Origin: Planctomycetota bacterium
GTDB lineage: Bacteria; Planctomycetota; PLA2
Length of the DNA stretch: 63,829 bases
Assembly (NCBI GenBank): GCA_036273915.1
Contig: DASUGR010000015.1
Coordinates: 1-63,829 of the forward strand
Direction: 5' to 3'
Within the stretch, counting starts at the first letter, position 1. Each line of letters opens with the position of its first letter. This document shows, piece by piece, positions 1 to 10,838 of the stretch. The position numbers were made by a program, and so were the translations under genes. The notes below the pieces were generated by a model. That model was not told where the DNA came from. It did not search any database and saw only the letters and a program-made list of their open reading frames with translations.

Positions 1-2022
1 CTCCACCGTGGCCCAGTCGCCGTCCGCGATGCCGAGCCGTTCCGCGAGCCGGGGATGCATCTCGACCCTCGGCTCCGGGTACTGCTCCACGAGCGGTCCG
101 ATCCGCCGCGTCTGGGTCCCGGAGAGGTACTGGCTCACGACGCGTCCCGTCGTGAGCAGCAGCGGGTACTCGGCGTCGGCGTCCTCGGTCGGCGGCGCGT
201 ACCGGGCGACGTGGAAGCGCGCCTTGCCGTCGGGGAAGTAGAAGGGGCCGGCACCCTTCGCGACCGGGTTCCACGAGCCCTCCTCGAAGAGGCGCGGCGT
301 GCCCGGATGATCCTCCGCGGGGCACGGCCAGAACATGCCGTACTCGCGCTCCACCCTCTCCCAGGTGATGCCGGAGTAGTCCGCGATCCCCCCCGCGCTC
401 GCGCGGCGCAGCTCGTCGAAGATCTCCCGGGGGGACCCGAACGTGAACCCGCGTTCGCGGCCCAGGGCCTTGGCGAGGTCCTGGATGACGCGCCAGTCCT
501 CGCGCGCCTCGCCCGGCGGATCGACGGCGCGCCGGATCCGGACCACGCGGCCCTCCGCCTGCGTCACCGTGCCCTCGTCCTCCTCCTGGAGCGAGCCGGG
601 AAGGACGACGTCGGCGTGCCGCGCGGTCTCGCTGAGGAAGAAGTCGATCGCGACGTAGAAGTCGAGCTTCTCGAGCATCCTCCGGACGAAGGCGTTGTCG
701 GGCAGCGAGACGACCGGGTTGAAGCAGATGCTCAAGAGCCCCCGGACCCCCCCCGCTTCCACCCTGCGGAAGATCTCGTAGGCGTCCACGCCCGGCCCGG
801 GCAGGTCGTCGGGCGCGATCCCCCAGACCTTCGCCACGTGCGCGCGAGCCGCCGGATCGGCGAGATCCCGGGCTCCGGGTAGCTGGTCGCACTTCTGGCC
901 GTGCTCCCGCCCCCCTTGCCCGTTCGCCTGCCCCGTGATCGTCGCGTATCCGCAGCCGGGCCGGCCGATGCGTCCCGACGCGAGCACGATGTCGATCGCG
1001 CCGAGGACGTTCTGGACGCCGTGGCTCGAGTGCTCGATGCCGCGCGCGTGGAGGAGGAAGCTCGTCTTCGCCGTGCCCCACCACTCCGCCGCCTGCCGGA
1101 TCCCCTTCTCGGCGATCCCGGTCACCTCGGCGGTGCGGCGTGGCGTCCACTCCCGGACGTGCGCGGCTACGTCCTCGAACCCGACCGTGTGCGCGCCGAC
1201 GAAGGAGCGGTCGATCCAGCCGTTCTCGATCATCAGGTGGAGAATGCCGTTGAAGAGGGCGACGTCGCGGCCCGGGCGGATCGGCAGGAAGAGATCCGCG
1301 GTCCGGGCGATCGGCGTCATGCGCGGGTCGACGACGATGACGCGGGCGCCCCGCTCGCGCGCCTGCCAGACGTAGTCTGTCGTGATCGGCGCGCACTCGG
1401 CGACGTTCGCCCCGCTGATCCAGACGACCCCCGCGTCGAGGATGTCCGACCACGGGTTCGCCGCGCGGTCGATGCCGAAGGCCTTCTTGTTCCCGGCCGC
1501 GGCGCTCACCATGCAGAGGCGGCCGTTGTAGTCGATGTTGCTCGTCTTGAGGCACACCCGGGCGAACTTGCCCATGAGGTAGGCCTTCTCGTTGGTGAGG
1601 CTCGCTCCCGTGAGGACCGCGACGGCGTCCGGGCCGTGCTCACGCTGGATGCGCGCGATGCCCTCGGCGGCGAGGCGGATCCCTTCCTCGTAGCCGACGG
1701 CTCGGAAGCCGTTGGGGCCTCCCTCGTCCCGGACGAGGGCATGGAGCAGCCGGTCCGGATGCGATCCCTGGAGATAGCGCCGCACGCCCTTCGGGCAGAG
1801 GAGGCCGTGGTTGAACGGGAACTCCTCCCAGGGCTCGAACCCGATCACGCGGTTGTCCTTCACCTTGAGCTGGATCCCGCACTGCTGCCCGCAGAAGCAG
1901 CAATGCGTCTTCACGACCCGGTCCGGCTCCACGCCGCGGTCGAGCCGATCGCCCTCGGGGAACGAGACGTGCGGGCCGTAGCCGCGGATGATCTCGAGGT
2001 CGCCCTTCGGTTGTCGCGCCAC
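1..2022 (-). CDS. Molybdopterin-dependent oxidoreductase, NasA/NarB (assimilatory nitrate reductase)-like catalytic subunit. The 3' end runs off the window.
   Basis: Absent from the ORF track because there is no stop inside the window. The reverse frame ending at nt 1 reads open for 674 codons from GTG at 2022, with GGAGG about 10 nt upstream and the upstream gene's stop 2 nt before. My translation begins [18 protein letters not shown]. It contains the N-terminal Fe-S motif [17 protein letters not shown]...LCPKG and [28 protein letters not shown], both typical of this superfamily. No twin-arginine signal is visible. Confidence 0.88.
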   Translation of the reverse strand, partial: MARQPKGDLEIIRGYGPHVSFPEGDRLDRGVEPDRVVKTHCCFCGQQCGIQLKVKDNRVIGFEPWEEFPFNHGLLCPKGVRRYLQGSHPDRLLHALVRDEGGPNGFRAVGYEEGIRLAAEGIARIQREHGPDAVAVLTGASLTNEKAYLMGKFARVCLKTSNIDYNGRLCMVSAAAGNKKAFGIDRAANPWSDILDAGVVWISGANVAECAPITTDYVWQARERGARVIVVDPRMTPIARTADLFLPIRPGRDVALFNGILHLMIENGWIDRSFVGAHTVGFEDVAAHVREWTPRRTAEVTGIAEKGIRQAAEWWGTAKTSFLLHARGIEHSSHGVQNVLGAIDIVLASGRIGRPGCGYATITGQANGQGGREHGQKCDQLPGARDLADPAARAHVAKVWGIAPDDLPGPGVDAYEIFRRVEAGGVRGLLSICFNPVVSLPDNAFVRRMLEKLDFYVAIDFFLSETARHADVVLPGSLQEEDEGTVTQAEGRVVRIRRAVDPPGEAREDWRVIQDLAKALGRERGFTFGSPREIFDELRRASAGGIADYSGITWERVEREYGMFWPCPAEDHPGTPRLFEEGSWNPVAKGAGPFYFPDGKARFHVARYAPPTEDADAEYPLLLTTGRVVSQYLSGTQTRRIGPLVEQYPEPRVEMHPRLAERLGIADGDWATVE

Positions 2023-2024
2023 CG

Positions 2025-3086
2025 TCAGATCTCCTCCGTCCCCTGCCCCGCGAAGCGCCGCCCCTGCGCCGCCGCCACGAGCCCGCGCCGGCATCTCGGG
2101 CAGATCCTCTGGTAGTGGTCGACCGTGCCCGCGCGGCCGGAGTCCAGCTCGTAGCGGTAGCCGAGCTTCCCCTCCACCTCGATCAGATCCTCCACCTGCA
2201 TCAGCGATGCGTACGGCTCTTGGCAGCGGGCGCATCGCGCGGGCTCGCCGCGGGCGCCGGCGTCCTTGTAGAAAGCCGCGCCGAGCTGCGCCGGGCGCTG
2301 GAAGATGTGGAAGAACTTCCCGAACGGCAGCCAGAGCAGCGCCAGGATGACGGTCACGGCGTGGAGGATCGAGAGGAACTCGTAGGCGTAGCCGCGCATC
2401 CATTCGTAGCTCACGACGAGCATGAGGCCGGTCACGGAGATGGCGAAGAGGAGGATCAGCGGAAGGAAGTCCTCGCCGAGCCGCTGGAGCGCCGCGGCGT
2501 CGCGGTCCCGCATGCGGCGGCGCATGGCGAGCATCACGCCGGCGATCACCAGGAACGAGGCCCAGGCGAGGCCGTGGAAGACGAAGGCCGCGGCGAGCGA
2601 GTCCACGGGGAACGAGAGCGTCCGCACGCCGAACACGTAGGTGACGTACCGGTCGAGCTGCCCCGGCGCGGACTCGAAGTGGATCCAGCCGAAGACGAGG
2701 GGGAACGTGATGAGCGCGGCAAGGATGCATCCGGCCATGATGAGCCAGTGGGCCGCGCCGCGCGCGACGTGGCGGCGCCAGATGAACCGGTTGAGCGCGA
2801 AGACGACGAGGAGACGCCGCCCGAACAGCGCCAGGTTGCGGAGGAGGAAGCGCGGCCGGAGGAAGAGCTGCCAGCCGCGTCTCCAGAGGAGCGCCGTGGG
2901 CGGGCGCTGGAGCCACATCGCGTAGCGGTACGCGATGCCGAACGTGGCGAAGAGCGTCGCGAAGGTGTAGGCGACGAGCGCCGCGTCGAAGTGGGAGAGG
3001 CGCCTCGATCCGACGAGGATCAGGCATCCGAGTGTCGCCGTCGCAAAGACGCCGCACCCGACCGAGCGACGGGTCGCGCGTTCCAA
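2025..3086 (-). CDS. Polytopic membrane protein, NarI/DsrM-like (putative haem-b quinol-oxidising subunit), with a C-terminal Cys4 ribbon
   Basis: ORF track, 353 aa. It has multiple hydrophobic helices with embedded His residues. The motif [15 protein letters not shown] resembles the nitrate-reductase gamma family. The C-terminus reads CARCQ...CPRCR. Its TGA stop lies 2 nt upstream of the oxidoreductase GTG. Confidence 0.7.
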   Translation of the reverse strand: MERATRRSVGCGVFATATLGCLILVGSRRLSHFDAALVAYTFATLFATFGIAYRYAMWLQRPPTALLWRRGWQLFLRPRFLLRNLALFGRRLLVVFALNRFIWRRHVARGAAHWLIMAGCILAALITFPLVFGWIHFESAPGQLDRYVTYVFGVRTLSFPVDSLAAAFVFHGLAWASFLVIAGVMLAMRRRMRDRDAAALQRLGEDFLPLILLFAISVTGLMLVVSYEWMRGYAYEFLSILHAVTVILALLWLPFGKFFHIFQRPAQLGAAFYKDAGARGEPARCARCQEPYASLMQVEDLIEVEGKLGYRYELDSGRAGTVDHYQRICPRCRRGLVAAAQGRRFAGQGTEEI

Positions 3087-3169
3087 GGGCGACTACACTC
3101 GATACCATCAGGTTCAAGGACCTGCAGACCACCACGCCGCGGAATCGGGGGGGCTCCGGGGGCGGACCG

Positions 3170-4363
3170 TCACTTCCCGGGCGGGCGCACGTCGATCTGG
3201 GGCAGGTAGGCGGCTCGCGTCATCGCGCATTTCAGCCGCTCGCTCCCGCGCGCGAGGTCGAGGGTCACGGTCTCGTGCGGCGCCAGGCATTCGAAGAACG
3301 CGGTGACAGAACCCGCCGCGGCGGCGCCCCCGATCCCTTCCACACGATCCTGCGCTCGAATCCCGGCCCGCTCAGCGGGGCTGGAGGGAAGGACCCGCTG
3401 TACCGTCAGCCCGCCCTCACGACAAAGGACGTCGAGCCCCCATCCGGACCGGGTCTCGGGGCGGACTCGCCGGACGCCGATCCTCTGGTGCGCGTAGTCA
3501 ATGGTGAGCCTGCAGTCGGCGAAGAACCCGGAGCCGACCCGGTTCTCAAGCTGCGTCGCCTGCTCGATCACCTCCAAGCGCACGTTCTCCCAGCGGATCC
3601 GTCCGGTCTCGACGAGGCGGGCCGACCCGACCCTGGCGGTGTCCTTCCCGACCGCGAGACGCGGAAGATCCTGTCGATTCGTGATGCGGCCCTTCAACCT
3701 GCTCCACGGACCGACACACAGCGGCCAGCCCATCCCGGTGTCCAGGATGAAGATGTCCGCCCCCACGTGGCAGACGTTGGCCTCGATCAACGGCTGCCCC
3801 TCGAGGAGAACGATCGGGAGGTACTCCGTTCCGGGCTCCCCCTCCTCCTCCGCAGCCTGCTCGAACGTCAGGGTGCCCGCGACGTAGTCCAGGGTCACGA
3901 CCCCGGCGTGAAAGAGCGGCGCGCCCAAGACACCGTCGACATGAGTGCCCGTCTCGCGGCTGAATCTGTCGAGCAACTCGATCACGGTGCCGTTCTTGCC
4001 ATGCAGCACGATGTTCCCGACCGTGACATCGGGAAGGGGAAACTCGACGGTCTTTACGTCCCCGGTCTGAACGGTGATGTCGACTTCGCGGCTGTCCGCC
4101 GTCGGGAGAACCCCGGCAAGTCGCTTGCTCACGCCGATGTCGGGGCAGCCGGTATCGACGAGAAACAGGACCTCGTGGTCGCCCACGCTGCCCGCTACGC
4201 ACGGATAGATCGTGTCGTCCCCCAAGCGGAGGACCCGCATGAGTATCCGCGTGGTCGGCGCGCGTGTCGGCGCGACCTTCGTGTCCGCCGAGCGACATGA
4301 CGCGAGCGTGCAGGCCAGGAGAAGGAGGACTCCGCTTCCGCTGCCCCCGAAGCCCCCTCTCAT
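3170..4363 (-). CDS. Lipoprotein with a retropepsin-like aspartyl protease domain and a C-terminal PDZ domain
   Basis: Starts at an internal ATG at 4363 of listed ORF 3170..5056; the upstream part of that ORF has Arg/Ala-rich antisense-type composition. N-terminus [23 protein letters not shown] carries a lipobox. There are two D-T-G motifs ([17 protein letters not shown]). A PDZ-like segment reads [27 protein letters not shown]. The start overlaps the upstream stop as ATGA. Confidence 0.85.
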   Translation of the reverse strand: MRGGFGGSGSGVLLLLACTLASCRSADTKVAPTRAPTTRILMRVLRLGDDTIYPCVAGSVGDHEVLFLVDTGCPDIGVSKRLAGVLPTADSREVDITVQTGDVKTVEFPLPDVTVGNIVLHGKNGTVIELLDRFSRETGTHVDGVLGAPLFHAGVVTLDYVAGTLTFEQAAEEEGEPGTEYLPIVLLEGQPLIEANVCHVGADIFILDTGMGWPLCVGPWSRLKGRITNRQDLPRLAVGKDTARVGSARLVETGRIRWENVRLEVIEQATQLENRVGSGFFADCRLTIDYAHQRIGVRRVRPETRSGWGLDVLCREGGLTVQRVLPSSPAERAGIRAQDRVEGIGGAAAAGSVTAFFECLAPHETVTLDLARGSERLKCAMTRAAYLPQIDVRPPGK

Positions 4364-5118
4364 CGCCGGCCCCGGGGGATGAGCCGCGCGACGAGGACCG
4401 GCGGGATCCCGCGGGGCCAGCTCGAACCCGTGCGGCCCTCCGCAGGGAACGGCGGCTCCTCCAGACGGTCGAGCACGAAGCCCCTTTCGAACCACGCGTT
4501 GAGCATCGCGCCCAGCGGCCGGTGCAGGTAGACGTGCGGCTCCGGCTGGCCCCGGATGCCCTCCGAGAGCGTCGCCCGCGGCGTCGCGTAGTCGGTGACG
4601 CGCACCGAGCCGTCCGCCTCCATCCGCGCGTCGCCCGAGTTGAACGACGGGTGCGTCACCGAGAACACGAAGCGGCCTTGCGGCTTCAGCAGCTCCGGCA
4701 GCGCCTCCAGCAGCGGGTCCAGGCACGCGATGTCCATGAGCGCCATCGTGCACACCGCCGCGTCGAAGCGTCCGTGCCCCAGCGCGAGCATCGCGTCGCG
4801 GTCGGTCGCGTCGATCCGGTGGTATGCGATCGCCTCGCCCGCCGTCCGCCGCCGCGCGCGCTCGAGGAAGGGTTCGCACCGGTCGAACGCCACCACGCGC
4901 GCGCCGCGGGCGGCCATCCGGCGCGCGAACCGGCCCGCGCCGCACGCGACGTCGAGCACCGTCTCGCCCGGCGCGAGCGCGAGCAGCCGCTCCTGCGCGG
5001 GCTCGACGAGGAGGTCCTGCGTGGCGTTGCCGTCGCCGATCCGGTCGTCCCACCACGCGGCGATCCGGTCCCAGACGCGTCCCGCCTCGTCGGCTCGCTC
5101 CGGGAACTCGAGCGTCAT
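4360..5118 (-). CDS. Class I SAM-dependent methyltransferase
   Basis: Starts at an internal ATG ([11 protein letters not shown]) of ORF 4360..5484. Motif I reads VLDVACGAGRFARRMA, with post-I VVAFD. ATGA overlaps occur at both ends. Confidence 0.85.
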   Translation of the reverse strand: MTLEFPERADEAGRVWDRIAAWWDDRIGDGNATQDLLVEPAQERLLALAPGETVLDVACGAGRFARRMAARGARVVAFDRCEPFLERARRRTAGEAIAYHRIDATDRDAMLALGHGRFDAAVCTMALMDIACLDPLLEALPELLKPQGRFVFSVTHPSFNSGDARMEADGSVRVTDYATPRATLSEGIRGQPEPHVYLHRPLGAMLNAWFERGFVLDRLEEPPFPAEGRTGSSWPRGIPPVLVARLIPRGRR

Positions 5119-6275
5119 CGCGGGAACGTCCGCGCGAACGCCTGCGCCAGGTCCTCCCGCAGGTCGTCCTTGTGCTCGATGCCGACCGACAGCCGGATGA
5201 GGCCGTCCAGAAAACCCGCCTTCCGCCGCTCCTCCGCGGGGACGGACGCGTGCGTCATCGACGCGGGGTGCTCGATCAGCGACTCGACGCCGCCGAGGCT
5301 CTCCGCGAGGCTGAACACCTTCGTCGCCGCGCAGAAGCGCTTGCCGTCGTCGACGCTGCCGTCGAGCTCGAGCGAGAGCATCCCGCCCGGCCGCGCCATC
5401 TGGCGCTTCGCGACCTCGTGGTTCGGGTGGGTCGCGAGCCCCGGGTACCAGACGCGCTTCACGCGCGGGTGCTCGGCGAGCCACGCCGCGAGGTGCTCCG
5501 CGTTGTCGCAGTGGCGGTCCATCCGGACGTGCAGCGTCTTCAGCCCGCGCAGCACGAGGAACGACGTCAGCGGCGCCGCGACCGGGCCGGTCCAGTTTGC
5601 GAGCTTCATGTAGCGGTCGGCGCGCGCGGTGTCGCTCGTGAGCACGGCGCCGGCGATGAGGTCGCTGTGCCCGCCGAGGTACTTCGTCATCGAGTGGACC
5701 ACCACGTCGGCGCCCAGCTCGAGCGGCCGCTGCAGGTAGGGCGATGCGAAGGTGTTGTCCACGAGCACCGGCACGCCGCGGGCGCGGGCGATCTGGACCG
5801 CGCCGCGGATGTCGGTGATCTTAAGCAGGGGGTTCGTGGGGGATTCGAGCCAGAGGAGGTCGGCCCTCCTCGCGAGCGCCTTCTCGACGTTGCCGAGGTC
5901 GCTCGTGTCGGCGTACTCGAAGTCGAGGCCGAGCTTCCGGAAGACGCGCTCGAAGAGGCGGTAGGTGCCTCCGTAGAGGTCGTTGCCCGCGACCACGCGC
6001 GCGCCCGCGCCGAGGTCGGTCAAGACGATCGTTTCCGCCGCGAGGCCCGACGCGGTCGCCGTACAGTGCTTCGCGCCCTCGAGCGACGCGAGGCAGCCCT
6101 CGAGCGCCCGGCGCGTCGGGTTGTCGCCGCGCGCGTAGACGTACCCCTTGTGCTCCGCGGGCGCCTGCTGCACGTAGGTGGACGTCAGGTAGACGGGCGT
6201 CATGATCGCGCCCGTGGCTTCGTCGGGCGCCTGTCCGGCGTGGATGGCGCGGGTGTCGAACCGGTGCTCCGTCAT
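5115..6275 (-). CDS. Cystathionine gamma-lyase/gamma-synthase family PLP enzyme
   Basis: C-terminal 386 aa of listed ORF 5115..8201, starting [14 protein letters not shown]. It contains the PLP-lysine region [14 protein letters not shown], the Cys/Met-metabolism family signature. The start overlaps the CBS stop as ATGA. Confidence 0.9.
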   Translation of the reverse strand: MTEHRFDTRAIHAGQAPDEATGAIMTPVYLTSTYVQQAPAEHKGYVYARGDNPTRRALEGCLASLEGAKHCTATASGLAAETIVLTDLGAGARVVAGNDLYGGTYRLFERVFRKLGLDFEYADTSDLGNVEKALARRADLLWLESPTNPLLKITDIRGAVQIARARGVPVLVDNTFASPYLQRPLELGADVVVHSMTKYLGGHSDLIAGAVLTSDTARADRYMKLANWTGPVAAPLTSFLVLRGLKTLHVRMDRHCDNAEHLAAWLAEHPRVKRVWYPGLATHPNHEVAKRQMARPGGMLSLELDGSVDDGKRFCAATKVFSLAESLGGVESLIEHPASMTHASVPAEERRKAGFLDGLIRLSVGIEHKDDLREDLAQAFARTFPR

Positions 6276-7639
6276 CGTGCGCTCGCGTGGATGAGGTCGA
6301 ATTTCGTGAGGACGGCGAGCTCGCCCTTGCCCTTGTCGACGAGCACCGCCTTCGTGCCGCGCGAGAGCAGCGAGGCGATCTCCTCCGCCGGGGTGTCGCC
6401 GGGCAGCACGGGGAGCGGCGGCCCCATCACGGCGTCGATGCGCAGCGTGGCGAGGTCCTTCCGGTGGAAGAGCAGGTCGATCGCCTGGTTCTCGCTGATG
6501 CAGCCCACGATCGCGTCCCCGCGCCGGACCGGGAGCTGCGAGAGGTCGCGCTTGCGCATGAGATCGATGGCGTCGCGCACCGTGGCGTCGGCGGGGACGC
6601 TCACGAGCGCCTCCCCCTCGCGCCGCCGCTGGCCGATGATGCCCGCGGCCGTGAGATTCGGCGCGTCCTCGAGGAACTGGTTGTCGCGCATCCAGTCGTC
6701 GTTCCACTGCTTCGAGAGGTAGCGCTCGCCGAGGTCGCAGACGAGCGTCAGGACGGTCGCCCCGGGCGGGAGCCCGCGGGCGACCTCGAGCGCCGCGGCG
6801 ACGTTCACGCCCGTGGAGCCGCCCGCGAAGATCCCCTCCTCGCGCGCGAGCCGCCGCGCCATCTGGAACGCGGCGCGGTCCGGGACCGTGATGCAGTCGT
6901 CGAGCAGCGACGGATCGCACGTGCCCGGCACGTAGTCGTGCCCGATCCCCTCGACCTTGTAGACGTGGGTTTCCCCCGGCTTCCCATTTCGCACGATCGA
7001 GGTGTAGATCGAACCCTCCGGGTCCGCCCCCACGATCTTCAATCCTCTGATCTTCTCCTTCAGGAACCGCCCCGCCCCCGACAGCGTACCGCCCGTGCCC
7101 ATCGAGACCACGAACGCGTCGAGCTTGCCGCCCGTCTGTCGGAGGATCTCCGGGCCCGTGTTCGTGTAGTGCGCCTCGGGGTTGTCGGGGTTGTTGAACT
7201 GGTCGATGTAGAAGGCGTTCGGCGTCTCCTTCGCGATGCGCTTCGCCGTCTGCACGTAGTGGCGCGGGTCGTCGTAGGGGACCGCCGTCGGCGTGACGAC
7301 CACCTTGGCGCCGAGGCCGCGCAGCAGGTTGATCTTCTCCTGGCTCATCTTGTCCGGCATCGTGCAGATGAGCCGGTACCCCTTGACCGCGCAGGCGACG
7401 GCGAGGCCGACGCCCGTGTTGCCCGACGTGGACTCGACGATCGTGCCGCCGGGCCGGAGCTTCCCCGCCTTCTCGGCCTTCCCGATCATGTAGGCGCCGA
7501 TGCGGTCCTTGAGCGACCCGCCGGGGTTCATGCTCTCGAGCTTGACGTAGACCTTGCAGGCGATGCCCTCGGTGACCCGCCGCAGCCGGATGAGGGGGGT
7601 ATCCCCGATGACCTCGAGGACGCTCTCGTGGAACTCCAT
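6272..7639 (-). CDS. Cystathionine beta-synthase-type enzyme: cysteine-synthase fold plus a C-terminal CBS-domain pair
   Basis: ORF track 6272..7648, which starts at TTG; I prefer the ATG at 7639 (MEFHESVLEVIGDTPLIRL). It has the PLP-fold motifs KLESMNPGGSLKDR and ESTSGNTG. The C-terminal roughly 120 aa look like tandem CBS domains. Confidence 0.9.
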   Translation of the reverse strand: MEFHESVLEVIGDTPLIRLRRVTEGIACKVYVKLESMNPGGSLKDRIGAYMIGKAEKAGKLRPGGTIVESTSGNTGVGLAVACAVKGYRLICTMPDKMSQEKINLLRGLGAKVVVTPTAVPYDDPRHYVQTAKRIAKETPNAFYIDQFNNPDNPEAHYTNTGPEILRQTGGKLDAFVVSMGTGGTLSGAGRFLKEKIRGLKIVGADPEGSIYTSIVRNGKPGETHVYKVEGIGHDYVPGTCDPSLLDDCITVPDRAAFQMARRLAREEGIFAGGSTGVNVAAALEVARGLPPGATVLTLVCDLGERYLSKQWNDDWMRDNQFLEDAPNLTAAGIIGQRRREGEALVSVPADATVRDAIDLMRKRDLSQLPVRRGDAIVGCISENQAIDLLFHRKDLATLRIDAVMGPPLPVLPGDTPAEEIASLLSRGTKAVLVDKGKGELAVLTKFDLIHASAR

Positions 7640-7657
7640 CGGGGGCAAGTGTACCTT

Positions 7658-8512
7658 TCAGAGGTTCCCAATCTCCCCGGGAGGTGAGGGGGCGTGGGGG
7701 AGCGGGCGCAGGAGGCCGCGGAACGCGCGCACGCCGAGGAGCACGAGGCCCGCAGCGACGATCGCGTAGAGCGCGAGCCAGAGCGGCCTTCCCGTGGGCT
7801 TTCGCGCGCCGGCCTCGTCGAGCGACCAGTCCCAAGGCCTGAAGGAGATCCGCCAGGCGGTCGTCCGCAGCGACCGCGCGACGTCCTCCCTGTCCGCCGG
7901 CATGTGGTCCGCGAGGAATGCCTGCAGCGGCTCGAAGTCGCCCTTGTACCAGCGGAAGAGCATCGAGATCTCCGCCTCGAGCTGCGCGTAGGCGAAGCGG
8001 TTCCTCGTGCCGTCGGCGAGGTAGGCGCGGGTCTGCTGCGCGAGCGCCTCCGCGAGGTCCGCGCCGCGGTAGGGCACGGGGGAGAGCGGGGGCGAGCTCC
8101 GCGCCGCCCGGTAGAGCGCGAACCGCACGAGCGGCCCGCCCGCGTCCCGCGCGAGGTCCGCCATGTCGTCGAGCGTCGCGTCGCGGAGCGCGACCCTCCA
8201 CTTGGGCCCGAAGAACACCGCGCGGTCGACGGTGCCCGGGCGCGTGTCGAGCATGAGCCGGAGCACGAACGCGTTGTGCGCGTTGATCCAGAACGCGGCG
8301 CGGTCCGCGGGCGCGGCGCCGGGGTCCGCGGCCGCGAGCGAGGCCACGAAGCGGTCGAGGGCATCGCGCCCGCGCGCCAGCTCCTCGTAGTCGACACCGT
8401 CCTCCCTGACGGTCTGGGCAAGAAGCACGGCGAAGTCACCCGCGGGATCCGCCCGGACCGGCAGGGCGAGAAGGAGCAGGAGGGTGCCGATGCGCGCCAC
8501 GCCGCGGCCCAT
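7658..8512 (-). CDS. DUF547-like protein with an N-terminal signal peptide and a C-terminal transmembrane helix
   Basis: Internal ATG at 8512 gives MGRGVARIGTLLLLLALPVRA. AAFWINAHNAFVLRLML is characteristic of DUF547. The C-terminus has a hydrophobic helix, LWLALYAIVAAGLVLLGV. Confidence 0.75.
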   Translation of the reverse strand: MGRGVARIGTLLLLLALPVRADPAGDFAVLLAQTVREDGVDYEELARGRDALDRFVASLAAADPGAAPADRAAFWINAHNAFVLRLMLDTRPGTVDRAVFFGPKWRVALRDATLDDMADLARDAGGPLVRFALYRAARSSPPLSPVPYRGADLAEALAQQTRAYLADGTRNRFAYAQLEAEISMLFRWYKGDFEPLQAFLADHMPADREDVARSLRTTAWRISFRPWDWSLDEAGARKPTGRPLWLALYAIVAAGLVLLGVRAFRGLLRPLPHAPSPPGEIGNL

Positions 8513-8781
8513 TAGACCCGCGCCGTCGCGGGATCGGGCCCTTCCGCGCCCGCCGGGGCTGATCGGCGTTTGCGATGGTTCCCGTGCCCCACACGGCAAT
8601 CCGACCATGTGCCCAGCTCGCCGTGCCGCCCTTGAGACGGCGCTGTTGCACGGCCGCGCGCCACGGGCACGCGGCGGTGACTCCTCCGTATCGGAAAGAC
8701 GTCGTATCCCAGACCGCAAGTGCGGCCCCGTCTTTGCGTATCCTCCTCCTTTGGCGCGCTGATCCCCCGCTCGGAGGTCTC

Positions 8782-10059
8782 ATGAATCGTGTGGTCCTTG
8801 CCCTTGTCGTCGTCTTGGCGTTCGTCGCGGCGCGCGAGGTCGCTGCCGCGGAGTCGGTGAACCCGTCGCTGCAGAAGGAGGTCGACACCTACCTCGCGGA
8901 GACGGCCCCGGCCGCGGGCGGGGACAACACGTTCAAGGCGTTCTTCAAGAACGGCCTCCAGTTCGAGACGGCGGACAAGGCGTTCACCGCGCACATCGGG
9001 GGGCGCATCCTCTTCGACACCGCCTACTTCGGCAGCGACGACTACGGCGGCGCGCAGAAGCAGGACAGCTGGTTCATGCGCCAGCTCTGGTTCCAGGCCG
9101 ACGGCACGCTCTACACCAACGCCTTCTACCAGTTGTCGATCGACTTCGCGTCGGGGTCGGCCGTGCTGCGCTGGGCCTACATGGGGCTCAGGAACCTCGG
9201 CCCGGTGGGCACCTTCGCGGGCGGCCTCTTCAAGCAGCCCTTCAGCCTCGGCGCGCTCACGAGCACGCGCTTCCTCACGTTCATGGAGCGTGCTGCGTCC
9301 ACGACGGTCTTCTCGCCGGCCGCCCAGGACGGGTTCATGGTGTCGAACAACTTCCTCGAGGAGAAGCGGCTCCTCGTGGCGCTCAGCGTCTACAAGGCGA
9401 CGACCAACGGGACTGCGACGGACAACGGCGGCTACGCCGTGGCGGCGCGCGTCGCGGCCTTCTTCCTCGAGGACAAGGACTCGAACCGCATCCTCCACGT
9501 CGGACTCTCCTACGCCTTCGCCGACACGCCGAACGGGACGAAGCAGTACCTGGCCCGCCCCGACATCGGGACCGGCGCGCGGTTCGTCGACACGGGCACG
9601 ATCGCCGTCGAGGACGAGACGCTCTACTGCTTCGAGGTCCTCTTCACGTGGCGCCGGCTCCACGCCCAGGCGGAGTACTACTGGACGGACGTGAACGGCG
9701 GCACGGACCCGAGTTTCTCGGGCTTCTACGTGGAGGTCGGCTACTTCCTCAAGGGCGGACGCATCAACTACAGCAAGGAGAAGAAGTTCGTCGAGCGTCC
9801 GCAGATCGACGACAGGTTCCACGCCGGCGGCGGCGGCTGCGGCGCGTGGCAGGTCGCGATCCGCTACGACAGCCTCGACCTCTCCGACTCCGGCGTGGCG
9901 GGGGGCCTGCAGGACGCGATCACGTTCGGCGTGAACTGGTACTGGAACCCGAGCATGCGTTTCATGTTCAACGTGATCTGGACAGACATCAGCGAAGGCG
10001 CGCCCCTCGGCGACGGCAACCTCACGGTTTTCGCCACGCGCCTGCAGGTCGACTTCTAG
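8782..10059 (+). CDS. Outer-membrane porin, phosphate-selective porin O/P (OprO/OprP)-like
   Basis: Internal ATG at 8782 gives MNRVVLALVVVLAFVAAREVAAAES, a signal peptide. The body has an alternating beta-strand pattern and ends in an aromatic residue (LQVDF). An intrinsic terminator follows the gene. Confidence 0.78.
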   Translation: MNRVVLALVVVLAFVAAREVAAAESVNPSLQKEVDTYLAETAPAAGGDNTFKAFFKNGLQFETADKAFTAHIGGRILFDTAYFGSDDYGGAQKQDSWFMRQLWFQADGTLYTNAFYQLSIDFASGSAVLRWAYMGLRNLGPVGTFAGGLFKQPFSLGALTSTRFLTFMERAASTTVFSPAAQDGFMVSNNFLEEKRLLVALSVYKATTNGTATDNGGYAVAARVAAFFLEDKDSNRILHVGLSYAFADTPNGTKQYLARPDIGTGARFVDTGTIAVEDETLYCFEVLFTWRRLHAQAEYYWTDVNGGTDPSFSGFYVEVGYFLKGGRINYSKEKKFVERPQIDDRFHAGGGGCGAWQVAIRYDSLDLSDSGVAGGLQDAITFGVNWYWNPSMRFMFNVIWTDISEGAPLGDGNLTVFATRLQVDF

Positions 10060-10118
10060 CCCTGGGCTAGAGCGCTTCCCGCCGGGGCGCCAATGCCCCG
10101 GAGAAGCACCGCTTGTGC

Positions 10119-10158
10119 CCCGGGGGCGGCCCCTGTCGCCCCCGGGACTTTCTCTTCG
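10119..10158 (+). terminator. Intrinsic terminator downstream of the O/P porin
   Basis: An 8-bp G/C stem, CCCGGGGG (10119-10126) paired with CCCCCGGG (10139-10146), has a 12-nt loop and is followed by ACTTTCTCTTC. A second 6-bp hairpin lies at 10082-10101. Confidence 0.55.
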
Positions 10159-10253
10159 GAGTGCTGCTACCCGCCCGGGACGTGCGGTGGTCCCGCTCCG
10201 TTACATGTGCGCGCGCCTCACCGCGCGTTCCGTAGCCCGGGCGGCACGAAACG

Positions 10254-10838
10254 GTGCCGGCACGGCGTTCGCGCTCCGGTGTCGCCGTGAGCCAGGTGCG
10301 CGCCGCCCTTCGGAAGCCGGTCGCCGATGCGACGAGCGATTCGCCGCCGTCCGTCTCCGGCGCTTCGCGCGCGACCTGGCGGGCGGTCCTCGCCGAGGCG
10401 ATCGGGCCGGCGCGACACGTCGTCGACCTCGAGGGCGCGACCGGCGAGTGGCGCCATCTCCTCGAGCAGAACGGGTGCTTCCTGCTCGAGCCGACGCACG
10501 CCCTCCGCGGGCCCGTGCACGGGGCGCTGATCGCGCGCCACCTGCTGAGCCGCGCACGCGAGCCGGAGCGGCTGCCGGCCGTGTGGCTCGATCTGCTGGA
10601 GCCGGGCGGCCGGATCATCCTGCTCGAGAGCACGCATCGCGGCCTGTTCCGAAAGCGCCGGGGCCTCTTCGCGCCGAAGCGGCCGACGGACCCCCTCGCC
10701 CCCTACCGGCGGGGTCTCGCGCCCGCCGACGCGGCCCTGCTGCTCGAGGCGTCGGGCTACGTCGGCATCCGGGCGTTCGCGCTCCCCGTCCCCGCGTCCG
10801 CGAGCGCCCACTACCTGATGTCTGCGCGGAAACGCTAG
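10254..10838 (+). CDS. Methyltransferase-fold protein with degenerate SAM motifs
   Basis: ORF track, 194 aa. VVDLEGATGEW, FLLEP and LLEPGGRIILLE resemble class I methyltransferase motifs. The start is uncertain; an alternative GTG lies at 10287. Its stop overlaps the convergent NifU-like stop within the sequence CTAG. Confidence 0.55.
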   Translation: MPARRSRSGVAVSQVRAALRKPVADATSDSPPSVSGASRATWRAVLAEAIGPARHVVDLEGATGEWRHLLEQNGCFLLEPTHALRGPVHGALIARHLLSRAREPERLPAVWLDLLEPGGRIILLESTHRGLFRKRRGLFAPKRPTDPLAPYRRGLAPADAALLLEASGYVGIRAFALPVPASASAHYLMSARKR

